Source: an uncultured Pseudomonadales bacterium (lineage in GTDB: Bacteria; Patescibacteriota; Microgenomatia; UBA1400; PJMF01). From it: 64,000 bases of DNA. Location of the stretch: contig CAZUHV010000001.1 of the NCBI GenBank assembly GCA_964620965.1, forward strand, positions 213,839-277,838, read 5' to 3'. This document shows, piece by piece, positions 48,665 through 57,914 of this stretch. The notes under the pieces were generated by a model, which was given only the letters and a program-made list of their open reading frames with translations, ran no database searches and had not been told where the DNA came from. Position 1 is the stretch's first letter. Each line of letters begins with the position of its first letter. A program made the translations under genes and the position numbers.

Positions 48665-49615
48665 TTACTTCTCAACAAGTTGAGCTGTAATAACACCTCT
48701 TCGCAGGTATGTTCCCTCTGGTGTACAGGTAACAAGCTTCAACTGCCGAGCATCATATTTTTGAGTAAGGATATACACATCCTCAGGCTTAACTTCCGTT
48801 TTACCATTCACAACATAGGTATATCGAACTCCACCAGCAGTAACATAGATTTCGTCACCTGCCTTCAAAGTCATAATCGTGCTAAAAATTGAGTTATATC
48901 TTCTTGGGTTTTTCACACTTGGGTTGTAAAACTGACGCAACACAGAATGACCAAAAATCACTGGAGCACCTGGTTCTCCTGGCAATGCAGTGCCAGCATA
49001 GGAAATCAAGCTCTTATTTAAATCTGTTCCGCCAACCACAACAAGTGCATTTTCTATGTTTAGTTTTGGAATATCAAGAATGTATTCTGTTAGTGCAGGT
49101 TGTTGTACATCTGTTTGCAATTGTGGCAAATTCCCTCCGCTAAACCAGTTTGACAGGTTTGTATAATCCAACTCTTCATCAACAATCTCTACCTCTGTTG
49201 TTTCTGATCCCAACACGTTGGATTGAGTCACAACAAGTGGAGTTACATCCATAACTTGTTCTTGAGGGATTGGCGCAGCAAGCTGCGCCATTCTTGAAGA
49301 ATCTTCATTCACATAGGCAGTAATAATTGGAACAACTGCACTTCCTACTAAATACAAACCAATCGATAAAAAGAGTAAAGGCAAAATAAATGCTCCAACT
49401 CTCACTGCTTTTGGAATCTTCTTTTTTTCAACTTCTTCTCGGATTTCGTCTTCTTTTTCCTCAATATATTCACTGACACTTAATCTTTTGAGATGCCTAG
49501 TTATTTTCTTTTCTATCTCTTCAATAGATTTTCCTTGACGCAAGGCTTTGCGATATAAATCAATTAAATCGCTTTGAATAATTTTAGGGTGTTTTTTCGA
49601 GCTATCAAACATCAT
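48665..49615 (-). CDS. Sortase with N-terminal cytoplasmic extension
   Basis: IPKLNI, FGHS, LKLVTCTP..R catalytic motifs; one TM helix. Confidence 0.88.
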   Translation of the reverse strand: MMFDSSKKHPKIIQSDLIDLYRKALRQGKSIEEIEKKITRHLKRLSVSEYIEEKEDEIREEVEKKKIPKAVRVGAFILPLLFLSIGLYLVGSAVVPIITAYVNEDSSRMAQLAAPIPQEQVMDVTPLVVTQSNVLGSETTEVEIVDEELDYTNLSNWFSGGNLPQLQTDVQQPALTEYILDIPKLNIENALVVVGGTDLNKSLISYAGTALPGEPGAPVIFGHSVLRQFYNPSVKNPRRYNSIFSTIMTLKAGDEIYVTAGGVRYTYVVNGKTEVKPEDVYILTQKYDARQLKLVTCTPEGTYLRRGVITAQLVEK

Positions 49616-51867
49616 TATTTAACAAACGTAACTGTAATTTTTTCTGTAGTTGCTGGCACTTTTTTCACAAAACTACTCAAAAAGCTTGGAATTACGGAGA
49701 ACTGGACTTCCTTTATTTCTTTTTGAGAAGCAAGTTCTTGAGTTGCTTGATTAAATTGTTTGCCTAAAATAGTTTGTTTAATAGTGTCTTCAGATAGTTT
49801 TGGAAGTGCATAAGAACTTATATTTACTTCAATAGCTACAACTGCATCTGTTTCCAGCTTATCTAGATCCGTTTGGGTTGGAGAAAATAATATCTGAGGA
49901 TCAACATCTTCAAGTTCATAGTTCTCTTTAAGTTCTTTTGAAAGAATCTCTTGAGCAACTGGTTTAAGATCTCCGCCACTGTATGTTAAAGCTTCAACCT
50001 CAACTTCAAGATCTAAAGTAACAGACTCTGCCTCTTCTTCTAGTTTTGCGTCAAATTTTGCTGTTTCATCAACAACAGAGTTTGAAGGCAATATATATGT
50101 CCCATTCCCAGATTCTGATTCGAATTCTTTGTTAATTTCCTCAACCAATTCTTTTCTTAAATCTACTTGAAGTTCATCCAAATCTGCTTGAGCAACTACC
50201 CTCACTTCTCTGCTTGAACCACCGGTAAAAGCTTGATCAATAACATATGCGTTATAGGTATTTGAAGCGTATGAAGCAACTGTTAACTCAGCATCTTTTT
50301 CCAAATTACTTTCTGCACCAATTTGAGCGGCCGTTACAGTTACATCTGTACGACCATAGTCTTCACCACCAGGCTTTGAACTTGCAGAAGCGATAGTAAT
50401 ATCATCATCAAGTGTAAAAACTAAATCTCCAAATTTAAGTTCAGTTCCTTTATTAAAGGTTTTTTCTGCATCAGTTTTGTTGTAAACAGAAACCTTGCCT
50501 TTCGCATTTTCACCAACAATCTTGATTCCAGTTGTTTGAATTGTACTTGTATCTGACGCTTTCTTTTTAACAGTCCCAGCAACAATTACTAGTTTTTCTA
50601 CATCTGTTTCTTTTGCTTTTGTATCGAGCGTTATCTTGATATCTTTGGAAATCACTTCTTTGTTTAGAGTAACTTTCGCTTGTACATTTGCAAATAATGC
50701 AGAACCAAACACCAGTCCAAGTACTAAAAATACTAAACCTAAAATAAATCCAATTCCTGCAAACCATTTTATATTTTTCTTATGACCCCAATCAATTTTT
50801 TTCTTTTCTTTTTTATCTAACACGATATCGTCTGACGTATCCATAAAATCGTCATCAACTGCTGTTAAGTTATCATCTTCTTGCGAGACAGTTTCTTTAA
50901 AAGTATTTATTTTAATTGGAATACCAAATGATGTTGCAGTTTCTTCTTCAAAACTTTTTTCTTCCTCTTCATGAGCTCTTTTTTCAAATGGATCTTCAAA
51001 GCCAAACTCTTGTGAATCTAATAAATCAGCTTCTTCTTGTTCAACTTCGGGATCATTTGCTCGAGTGCTTCCAGATAAAGAAGCTGCTAATGCCAAATCT
51101 GTGAGCCCCTTATGAGCTGCCGCATTTTTTCCTGCTTCGTTAGAAAGTGCTGTTAATAGTTTTTGGTCTGAAAACACCTCTACTGTTGGAGTTTGTATAA
51201 ATGGAGATTCTTCCTTCCAGTCAAGGTCATATACCTTTTGTTGGTATTCATGAAGTTCTGTGTCAGATAGGTCAAATGATGCTAACAGAATTTTTGGAGG
51301 TAAGTAATTACCCTGTTTTTCTGTATGTTTTTTGATTCGTGCAATTCCTTCTGTAAAATCACTTGCAAAATCAGCTGAACTGCCCACAACTTCTGACTCT
51401 TTTATTTTTCCCTGATAAACCAAAGTGAAAACAATTTCTTCTTTTGTTGCAACTACAAGAACTCCAGAAAATAAAGAATTCTCGTTCACTTTTTGTTGCG
51501 CCAAAGACTCGCTTACGTCGATAAAGCCCAGTGGTTTTAAATTAAGATCATCTGTTAGCTTCTTGATCAAAGGTTTTTTTTCATCAATAACTTCTCCATT
51601 TTTGACCCAAGAAGTGTTCACAGCAAAAATGGTTTCGCTAATTTTTTCCGACCTCTTATCCAATTGCTGTAGCGCTTTGTCAGTTTGCTCAACACATTGA
51701 GCTAGTCCTTCATACTCTAGTTCCCTAGATTTATCAAGAATTTGAACTCCTGCAGTTGAAAGCTCAAGTAAAGCTGTCTGCAATTTAGCGTCAGATATTA
51801 TTACAAATAAAACCAACTCTTCTGAAGGCTTTTTAGTATTGCTAGAAAATAAATTTGGTAAATCCAT
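49615..51867 (-). CDS. Large bitopic protein: degenerate FtsA/PilM-like N-terminal domain, acidic linker, TM helix, baseplate-J-like extracellular region
   Basis: AKGKVSVYN, FTLDDDITI, VTAAQIGAESN, FTGGSSRE patterns resembling CPR baseplate J/gp47-annotated proteins; start probably 51867. Confidence 0.55.
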   Translation of the reverse strand: MDLPNLFSSNTKKPSEELVLFVIISDAKLQTALLELSTAGVQILDKSRELEYEGLAQCVEQTDKALQQLDKRSEKISETIFAVNTSWVKNGEVIDEKKPLIKKLTDDLNLKPLGFIDVSESLAQQKVNENSLFSGVLVVATKEEIVFTLVYQGKIKESEVVGSSADFASDFTEGIARIKKHTEKQGNYLPPKILLASFDLSDTELHEYQQKVYDLDWKEESPFIQTPTVEVFSDQKLLTALSNEAGKNAAAHKGLTDLALAASLSGSTRANDPEVEQEEADLLDSQEFGFEDPFEKRAHEEEEKSFEEETATSFGIPIKINTFKETVSQEDDNLTAVDDDFMDTSDDIVLDKKEKKKIDWGHKKNIKWFAGIGFILGLVFLVLGLVFGSALFANVQAKVTLNKEVISKDIKITLDTKAKETDVEKLVIVAGTVKKKASDTSTIQTTGIKIVGENAKGKVSVYNKTDAEKTFNKGTELKFGDLVFTLDDDITIASASSKPGGEDYGRTDVTVTAAQIGAESNLEKDAELTVASYASNTYNAYVIDQAFTGGSSREVRVVAQADLDELQVDLRKELVEEINKEFESESGNGTYILPSNSVVDETAKFDAKLEEEAESVTLDLEVEVEALTYSGGDLKPVAQEILSKELKENYELEDVDPQILFSPTQTDLDKLETDAVVAIEVNISSYALPKLSEDTIKQTILGKQFNQATQELASQKEIKEVQFSVIPSFLSSFVKKVPATTEKITVTFVK

Positions 51868-51969
51868 ACTCTTTTTTTGTTTAACACAAATACGCACCCT
51901 CATTTTTGGGGTTACTATCATTAAAGCAAATTTTTTATTCAAGTTAAAGAGGAAGAGTGATGTAAACCT

Positions 51970-52755
51970 CTAGATTTCAATTTCACAGATCAGTGGCTTA
52001 TGATCAGAGACATCTACTTCTGAAACTTCTTTTGCAACTACTGCTATATCCTTTGTAACAAAAAACATATCAACAACTGAACTTGCATATCCAGGACTCT
52101 TGACTAAATCTTTTCTTCTGATATTAAAAGAGCTTTGCATCTCACCATAAAAAACACTCACTAATTTTTCCCTTAAAGCATCTACTGTCTGAGTTTTTTC
52201 ATGTACATTAAAATCACCCGCTAAAACCAGCGGAGCATTTTCTCCAACTTCAGATAAAATCTTTTCTGCCATCTCTAGCCGTCTTGGAGTATCTCCGCCA
52301 TGTTCACCCCAAATTCCTTGTGTGTTTAAAATATGGAGTTTTTTTGTACCAATTAAGGTAGTAACATGTTGCAAATTTCTTGGAGTTATATGATATTGGG
52401 TAGCATCATATGGATCTCTCCCTCCAAATGGCACATCATAAAAAATAGTAGCAACTTCTTCTAAGGGAAACTTACTAAAAACCGCATTTCCTTGAATGAC
52501 TCTCAACAACTTACCATCATTGCTTAATTCGTCAGAATCTTCTTCAAATGTTGGAGCAAAAGCTGCGTATTCAAAACCAAGTTCCTTTTGTAATTCAGAA
52601 AAAGATTTGAACTGTTTTTTTTGAAACCTCGTATCTCCATTGTAAATTTCTTGAGTCAATAAAATATCAGGGTTTTCCCTTTTAAGAAACTCAAGAAGTG
52701 CTTCCCAAAGAATCCCTCCTATCCAAATATTGATATTGATTACTTTTAGTCTCAT
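51970..52755 (-). CDS. Endonuclease/exonuclease/phosphatase family protein
   Basis: NI, PDILLTQE, GNAVFSKFP, AGDFN, VSDHKPL. Confidence 0.88.
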   Translation of the reverse strand: MRLKVININIWIGGILWEALLEFLKRENPDILLTQEIYNGDTRFQKKQFKSFSELQKELGFEYAAFAPTFEEDSDELSNDGKLLRVIQGNAVFSKFPLEEVATIFYDVPFGGRDPYDATQYHITPRNLQHVTTLIGTKKLHILNTQGIWGEHGGDTPRRLEMAEKILSEVGENAPLVLAGDFNVHEKTQTVDALREKLVSVFYGEMQSSFNIRRKDLVKSPGYASSVVDMFFVTKDIAVVAKEVSEVDVSDHKPLICEIEI

Positions 52756-54608
52756 TCTAAATAAATTCTTCTAATTCCAGCTGAAGATGCCTTTTCTTTT
52801 ACAACCTTGATTGGACCAATTTCACCAGTATGTGTCACATGTGGCCCTCCACAGAATTCTTTAGAAACCCAGTTTGTCTCGGGATCATTTCCAATTGTAT
52901 ACACAGTAACTTCATCAGGATACTTCTCAACAAAAAATGCGATTGCTCCAGATTTTAAGGCATCCTCTTTTTTCATTGTTTTGACTGTAACCGGAAGATC
53001 TGCTTGAACCCATTCATTAATTTGCTTTTCTACTGCTTTCTTTTCATCTTCAGTTAAAGCTGTATTATGGGAAAAGTCAAAACGCAGTCTCTCTGCAGTA
53101 ATGTTTGAACCTTTTTGTTGGACATGAGTACCCAATATTTTTCTGAGTGCCGCATGTAATAAATGAGTTGCTGTATGATATCTAGTTGTTTGTTCACTAC
53201 TGTCCTGCAACCCTCCTTTAAATTTACCAGCAGAAGCTGTTCGTGATTGATCAGAATGCACTTGTTTTGCGGACTCAAACTCTTCTAAAGAAAGGTCATA
53301 GCCTTTTTCTTTAGCAATCTCTTGACTTAACTCAAATGGAAAACCATATGTTTCATATAATTTAAAAGCTACTTCTCCTGTAAGTGTAGTAACTTTTTCT
53401 ACTTCCCGAAGTCCTTTTTCTAAGGTTTTAGCAAACTTCTTTTCTTCTGATGCAAGACCCAAAGAAATTTTTTCAATATTCGCAGAAACACTAGGATACG
53501 AATCCTTATAAATTTCTGCAATTACTTTTGCTAAATCTGCCAAAAATGGTTTTTGAATACCAATCATTTTTGCATATCGAATTGATCTTCTTACTAAGCG
53601 TCTTGCAAAATAACCTTGTTCCTTGCTAGAAGGAAATACTCCATCAGCAGCAAGCATAGTAGCAGCTCTAATATGATCTGCAATCACTCTAAATGACTGC
53701 TTCACTGTAGTATCAGAATATTTTTTGCCAGATAGATTCTCCAAAAACTCAATTATTGGAGTAAAAACAGTAGTAACAAAAACGTCGTCAGTGTCATTTT
53801 TAACTGCTAAGATTCTTTCAAATCCACCTCCAAAGTCCACGTTTTTTTGAGCTAGCTCTTTAAAGCTACCATCTGCTTGTTTTTGAAACTGCATAAAAAC
53901 CGAGTTTCCGATTTCTAAAAATCTTCCACAGTCACAGTTAACATGACAAGGCTCATCTTTAAAAGCAGAATTTTCGTGCAACTGTCGCTCTGCACCAAAG
54001 TCATAAAAGACTTCGCTATCTGGACCACCTGGTTCACCTTCTGGCATATTTTTAGGAACACCTGCTCTAGACCACCAGTTTTTTGTCTCATCATAATAGA
54101 AAATTCTTCCGCCCTGCATTCCTTTGGTTTCTGCAAAATCAATGTCAGTTGCTTCAATTCCTGCAGAATTAAACAGCTCTTTCCAGATTGCAACAGACTC
54201 TGAATCTCTATCTATTCCCAACTCAGTGTTTCCTCTAAAAACAGTCACAAAAAGTTTGTTTGGATCCAGTCCAACCTCTTTTGTTAAAAACTCAAAAAAC
54301 CATGTCAATTGCTCCTTTTTGAAATAATCACCAAGAGACCAATTGCCTAACATCTCGAAGAAAGTTGTATGACGATTGTCCCCAACTTCTTCAATATCTT
54401 GAGACCTAAAACATTTTTGACTGTCTGCAATGCGAGTTCCTTTTGGATGTTTTGCTCCAAGAAGATACTCAATCATTGGTTGCATTCCTGAACCGGTAAA
54501 CAAAGTTGTTGGATCGTTTTCTGGCACAAGAGATGATGATGGCACAATAGCATGTCCCTGTGTTTCAAAAAAACTGAGATACTTTGAACGTAATTCATCT
54601 GGTTGCAT
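52752..54608 (-). CDS. alaS: Alanine--tRNA ligase, short form without the C-Ala domain
   Basis: DPTTLFTGSGMQP, FEMLGNWSLGDYFK, ADHIR, HTATHLLH, EFCGGPHV. Confidence 0.96.
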   Translation of the reverse strand: MQPDELRSKYLSFFETQGHAIVPSSSLVPENDPTTLFTGSGMQPMIEYLLGAKHPKGTRIADSQKCFRSQDIEEVGDNRHTTFFEMLGNWSLGDYFKKEQLTWFFEFLTKEVGLDPNKLFVTVFRGNTELGIDRDSESVAIWKELFNSAGIEATDIDFAETKGMQGGRIFYYDETKNWWSRAGVPKNMPEGEPGGPDSEVFYDFGAERQLHENSAFKDEPCHVNCDCGRFLEIGNSVFMQFQKQADGSFKELAQKNVDFGGGFERILAVKNDTDDVFVTTVFTPIIEFLENLSGKKYSDTTVKQSFRVIADHIRAATMLAADGVFPSSKEQGYFARRLVRRSIRYAKMIGIQKPFLADLAKVIAEIYKDSYPSVSANIEKISLGLASEEKKFAKTLEKGLREVEKVTTLTGEVAFKLYETYGFPFELSQEIAKEKGYDLSLEEFESAKQVHSDQSRTASAGKFKGGLQDSSEQTTRYHTATHLLHAALRKILGTHVQQKGSNITAERLRFDFSHNTALTEDEKKAVEKQINEWVQADLPVTVKTMKKEDALKSGAIAFFVEKYPDEVTVYTIGNDPETNWVSKEFCGGPHVTHTGEIGPIKVVKEKASSAGIRRIYLE

Positions 54609-54732
54609 ATGTTCCTTTATATATATTTTATATTATCTTTATTGGAGGGACTTAAAACAGTGCTAAAAACGCAAAAAAGCTTTGCATCTTTCATGCCAGC
54701 TGAATTTTCAAGTAAAATTCAGGGCCTGAAAG

Positions 54733-55030
54733 AAAAAAACCTCACTCCAAAATACTTTATACTAAAGTACAAGGACGTGAGGAACGTGGTACCACCTTGC
54801 TTCTCTGCAGCTATTACTACAAGCAGACTCGCATTCAGAATAATTAAATAAACTATATAACTCTTCTGAATTCTCTCTTTTTACGGTTGAAATCCGGAAC
54901 TACTCTTCGTAGTCAGCTCATCAAACGGCCAAACTATTTTTAGTATCCGCTTGCACCAACCGCGAACTCTCTTACAATATTTCGTATTGCTACTAAAAAA
55001 TAATTCTCTTTTTGAATCAATGCTTTTATT
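54733..55030 (-). ncRNA. T-box riboswitch (Ala) upstream of alaS
   Basis: T-box AAGGTGGTACCACG (54785-54798); terminator CCTCAC...GTGAGG plus T7; stem I with AGAGA bulge, GGTTGGTGCAA apical loop and GA motifs; specifier GCC at 54927-54929. Confidence 0.9.
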
Positions 55031-55048
55031 AACTTGTTAACAAGTTGT

Positions 55049-55078
55049 ATTTTACTTTAGCCAAGTATGATTTGTCAA
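55049..55078 (-). promoter_or_regulatory. Promoter of the T-box/alaS transcript
   Basis: TTGACA-N18-TAAAAT. Confidence 0.65.
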
Positions 55079-55127
55079 ACTAATACTACCATCCAACCAC
55101 TAAAATGCAGTACAATGTGTATGTATC

Positions 55128-55616
55128 ATGGTAGACACAAATAACTTGCAAAACGAGGTTAATACTCTTTTGGGCGATAAAACTCCTCCCGAGTTTCAAT
55201 CTCCTGTTATGCCTGTTTCCCAAATTAGTAATCAACCTATACTCAGACCTGCTGTTGAAGCAGACCAATACCAAAATATAGCTCCACCTATACAAAGTAA
55301 TCCTCAATCCTATATTCAGCCTCAAATTTTTGAAGAAAGTAAAAAAAACAATTATGGAATGCTTATTGGAGTGCTTGTTTTACTTATAGTAGGCTCGGCA
55401 ACTGCTTTCACATTTAGAACAAAAATCTTTGGACCACTTACATACTCAGACTGTCTCAAGTCTCCAGGAAGTTCTCATGTAAGTTTAACCCCCCGATATT
55501 GTGTTATGCCAGATGGAGATGTGTTTTTTGAGAACAAAAATTTGATTACCGATGAATCTGGACTAGAGCCTACACCGTTTGATCAAAGTATTGTGCCAGG
55601 ATTGGAAGGGTATTAA
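55128..55616 (+). CDS. Hypothetical membrane protein with Pro/Gln-rich N-terminus and small two-Cys domain
   Basis: TM helix followed by YSDCL...PRYCVMPDGDVFFE. Confidence 0.65.
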   Translation: MVDTNNLQNEVNTLLGDKTPPEFQSPVMPVSQISNQPILRPAVEADQYQNIAPPIQSNPQSYIQPQIFEESKKNNYGMLIGVLVLLIVGSATAFTFRTKIFGPLTYSDCLKSPGSSHVSLTPRYCVMPDGDVFFENKNLITDESGLEPTPFDQSIVPGLEGY

Positions 55617-55618
55617 AC

Positions 55619-55951
55619 TTAAATACCTTTAAAGATACTTTTCTTAAGTTTTGTCTTCTTTTTTGTTTGTTTCTTTTTTGTGGAATCTTGATCTGAGTCA
55701 CACTCATCAAGAAAGTCAGCGATTTTCATTCGAGCTGCTTTAATATAATCAGTAATCTCTGCTTCTGCTTCAGACAATTTGCCTTCTTTAATTAAAGCAT
55801 CTCTAAAATCATTCCAGTGATCTGCAAATTTAGCTTTTATTTCTCTGCCTTCTTTTGTCTGCATTAAAAAATAGCCAACTGCGCCTGCAAGAAAACCAAC
55901 TAAAATGCCAGAAGAAAAAGAACCTTGTTCTTGATTATTTTCAGAATTCAT
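55619..55951 (-). CDS. YtxH-like protein
   Basis: FSSGILVGFLAGAVGYFLMQTKEGREIK resembles a YtxH N-terminus. Confidence 0.6.
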   Translation of the reverse strand: MNSENNQEQGSFSSGILVGFLAGAVGYFLMQTKEGREIKAKFADHWNDFRDALIKEGKLSEAEAEITDYIKAARMKIADFLDECDSDQDSTKKKQTKKKTKLKKSIFKGI

Positions 55952-55959
55952 ATTCGCTA

Positions 55960-56238
55960 CTACTTACTCTTTTTAGAGCCACCTTTATTCAAGTATGAAG
56001 TAAATGCTTCAAACATCTGCATACCTGTTTTCAATCCAGAAAGAGCTCCTCCTAAATTTTGAAATGGGCTCACAAAGCTCTGGACCTTGTCTTCAACTAC
56101 CTCAAGTGTGTCATTGACTCGCTTAAGTGTTCTTCTAACTTCTGTTAAAACAAGAATTATCTGTATTCCAACAACACTCAAAACAATTGTTAAGATAACC
56201 AATACTACCGAAAAAACCACTGGGACAATATTTTCCAT
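55960..56238 (-). CDS. DUF948/YtxG-like small membrane coiled-coil protein
   Basis: TM helix followed by EVRRTLKRVNDTL coiled coil. Confidence 0.55.
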   Translation of the reverse strand: MENIVPVVFSVVLVILTIVLSVVGIQIILVLTEVRRTLKRVNDTLEVVEDKVQSFVSPFQNLGGALSGLKTGMQMFEAFTSYLNKGGSKKSK

Positions 56239-56257
56239 ATACTTCTAGTATAGCTCA

Positions 56258-56902
56258 TTAAAATTGAACTGTCACACTCCTCTCAATAATACTTACTTTT
56301 CCTCTTCTATCTTTTGCTTGAATAGTAAATAAAGAAATCCCTTCATTTGGAACAATAATTTCCGTATGAAATTTGCCATCTGGTTGCAGGGCAACTGGCT
56401 GGTCATTCACAGTCACAATAGCATCTTGCAATGTTTCTCCTTCAACAATCACTTTGGAAGAAACAACTGCCTGCTCTTTTGGTTGGGTAACAACCAATTT
56501 TGGTGGCTTTGTAAGGTTGTACCACTGAAATCCAACATATCCAAACAAACTTAAAAATACTGCTATCAGCATTACCAGCACAGCAGTTATCGAACTTTTT
56601 CTCGCTCTCTTTTTTAAAACAGGCTTAATGAATTCTCTTGGAATGAGCCTTCCTTTGGCACTTTCTTTATAGTCACGACGAAGCATTGCTAATAAAGGTT
56701 TATGATCAAAACCAAACACGTGTGCATATGTCTTAATATAACCTTTAACAAACGTTGTAGCAGGTAGATCTTCAAAACGATTCTCTTCTAGAGCTTCTAA
56801 ATAGGAAGCTCTTATCCTTGTTTTTTTTGCCAAATCTTCAAGACGTAGCCTATGCTTCATTCTTTCATCTTTGAGTGTTTCGCCAATGGTTTTTGTTCTC
56901 AT
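56258..56902 (-). CDS. RodZ-like HTH membrane protein with C-terminal Ig-like domain
   Basis: TIGETLK..R, TRIRASYLEALEE, LPATTFVKGYIKTYA, TM helix, PPKLVV beta domain; start probably 56902. Confidence 0.8.
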   Translation of the reverse strand: MRTKTIGETLKDERMKHRLRLEDLAKKTRIRASYLEALEENRFEDLPATTFVKGYIKTYAHVFGFDHKPLLAMLRRDYKESAKGRLIPREFIKPVLKKRARKSSITAVLVMLIAVFLSLFGYVGFQWYNLTKPPKLVVTQPKEQAVVSSKVIVEGETLQDAIVTVNDQPVALQPDGKFHTEIIVPNEGISLFTIQAKDRRGKVSIIERSVTVQF

Positions 56903-56987
56903 ACCTACTAAAAATTCCCTGTTTGTGCTCAATATACCACAACAGACCTAATTAAAATGTATTCTTTTGTAAAATTCTAGTACAACC

Positions 56988-57419
56988 TTATTGCAGTTTT
57001 GCTCTTACCAAAGCAGAAACTCTTGAACCATCAGCTTTTCCAGCAACTTCTTTCATTGCTGCACCAATAAGTTTACCCATATTTTTATCTTCAGCTGATT
57101 CAACAACTTTTGATACTATTGCATCAAGCTCCTCATCAGAAAGTTGCTCTGGAAGGTAGCTTTCCATAATTGCAATTTTTTCTTCTTCCTCTGCAACCAT
57201 TTCATCTCTCCCAGCATTTCTAAAATCTGTGACAGCATCTTTTAGTTTTTTAACCTGAGTAGCAATGACTTTTTCAACACCGGCATCATCTTGAACACCG
57301 TTGTCTATCTCGAAATTTTTAATTTCTGATCTCAAAAATCTAATAACACCAAGCTTGACCATATTTTTGTCACGCATAGCTTGCTTCATGTCTTCCATCA
57401 ATTGTTCTTGTAAATTCAT
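56988..57419 (-). CDS. yqeY: GatB/YqeY domain protein
   Basis: DMKQAMR, AGRDE, YLPEQLS, MGKLIG, GKADG. Confidence 0.9.
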   Translation of the reverse strand: MNLQEQLMEDMKQAMRDKNMVKLGVIRFLRSEIKNFEIDNGVQDDAGVEKVIATQVKKLKDAVTDFRNAGRDEMVAEEEEKIAIMESYLPEQLSDEELDAIVSKVVESAEDKNMGKLIGAAMKEVAGKADGSRVSALVRAKLQ

Positions 57420-57448
57420 ATATTTCCTCTCTGTTTTACAGTACTTGA

Positions 57449-57838
57449 TTATATCACGTGATACGACTCAACATCATATTGTTTTGCATCAGCATACTCA
57501 AATAAAACACCAAATTTAAACTCTGAAATGTTCTTTACCGCATGTGGTACAAATGGAGGAATTTTAATCAATTGTACTTTTTCTGGATCAGTCATAAATT
57601 TTTCTTGTCTTTTACCAGTGTCATCCACCCAATACAAAACAAGTTCTCCCATAGCTATGAACCACTCTGTTCTTGGGTGTTTATGATTACCTCCAACTGC
57701 GCCCGGAGAAAAATGTACAATCTGCGCGTCTTTTATGACATCCTTATCTATTGGAAGATCGTTTAAATTTAAAACCCAAAGATTATTATTATCTTTTTTA
57801 TATGAATACTCTAAAGGAATAATTTGTGGCTCACTCAT
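57449..57838 (-). CDS. Cupin-fold protein (WxcM/sugar epimerase-like)
   Basis: GGNHKHPRTEWF, IPPFVPHAVKN. Confidence 0.75.
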   Translation of the reverse strand: MSEPQIIPLEYSYKKDNNNLWVLNLNDLPIDKDVIKDAQIVHFSPGAVGGNHKHPRTEWFIAMGELVLYWVDDTGKRQEKFMTDPEKVQLIKIPPFVPHAVKNISEFKFGVLFEYADAKQYDVESYHVI

Positions 57839-57858
57839 GGTATGAGTATAACAAAGAA

Positions 57859-57885
57859 AATCCCCCAGACAAAGTCTGGGGGATT
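57859..57885 (-). terminator. Intrinsic terminator after the DsbA-family gene
   Basis: AATCCCCCAGAC-N3-GTCTGGGGGATT followed by a T-rich run on the minus strand. Confidence 0.8.
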
Positions 57886-57914
57886 AATTTTTAATTCAAA
57901 CTAACAACTTACAG

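Noticed and set aside
49615-51867. Prophage or contractile injection system suggested by the baseplate-J-like region
   Set aside because: No sheath, tube, terminase, capsid or integrase genes nearby, and the protein is membrane-anchored
52752-54608. alaS as a truncated pseudogene
   Set aside because: Catalytic and editing motifs are intact, the stop overlaps the next gene's start, and short AlaRS forms lacking C-Ala are known
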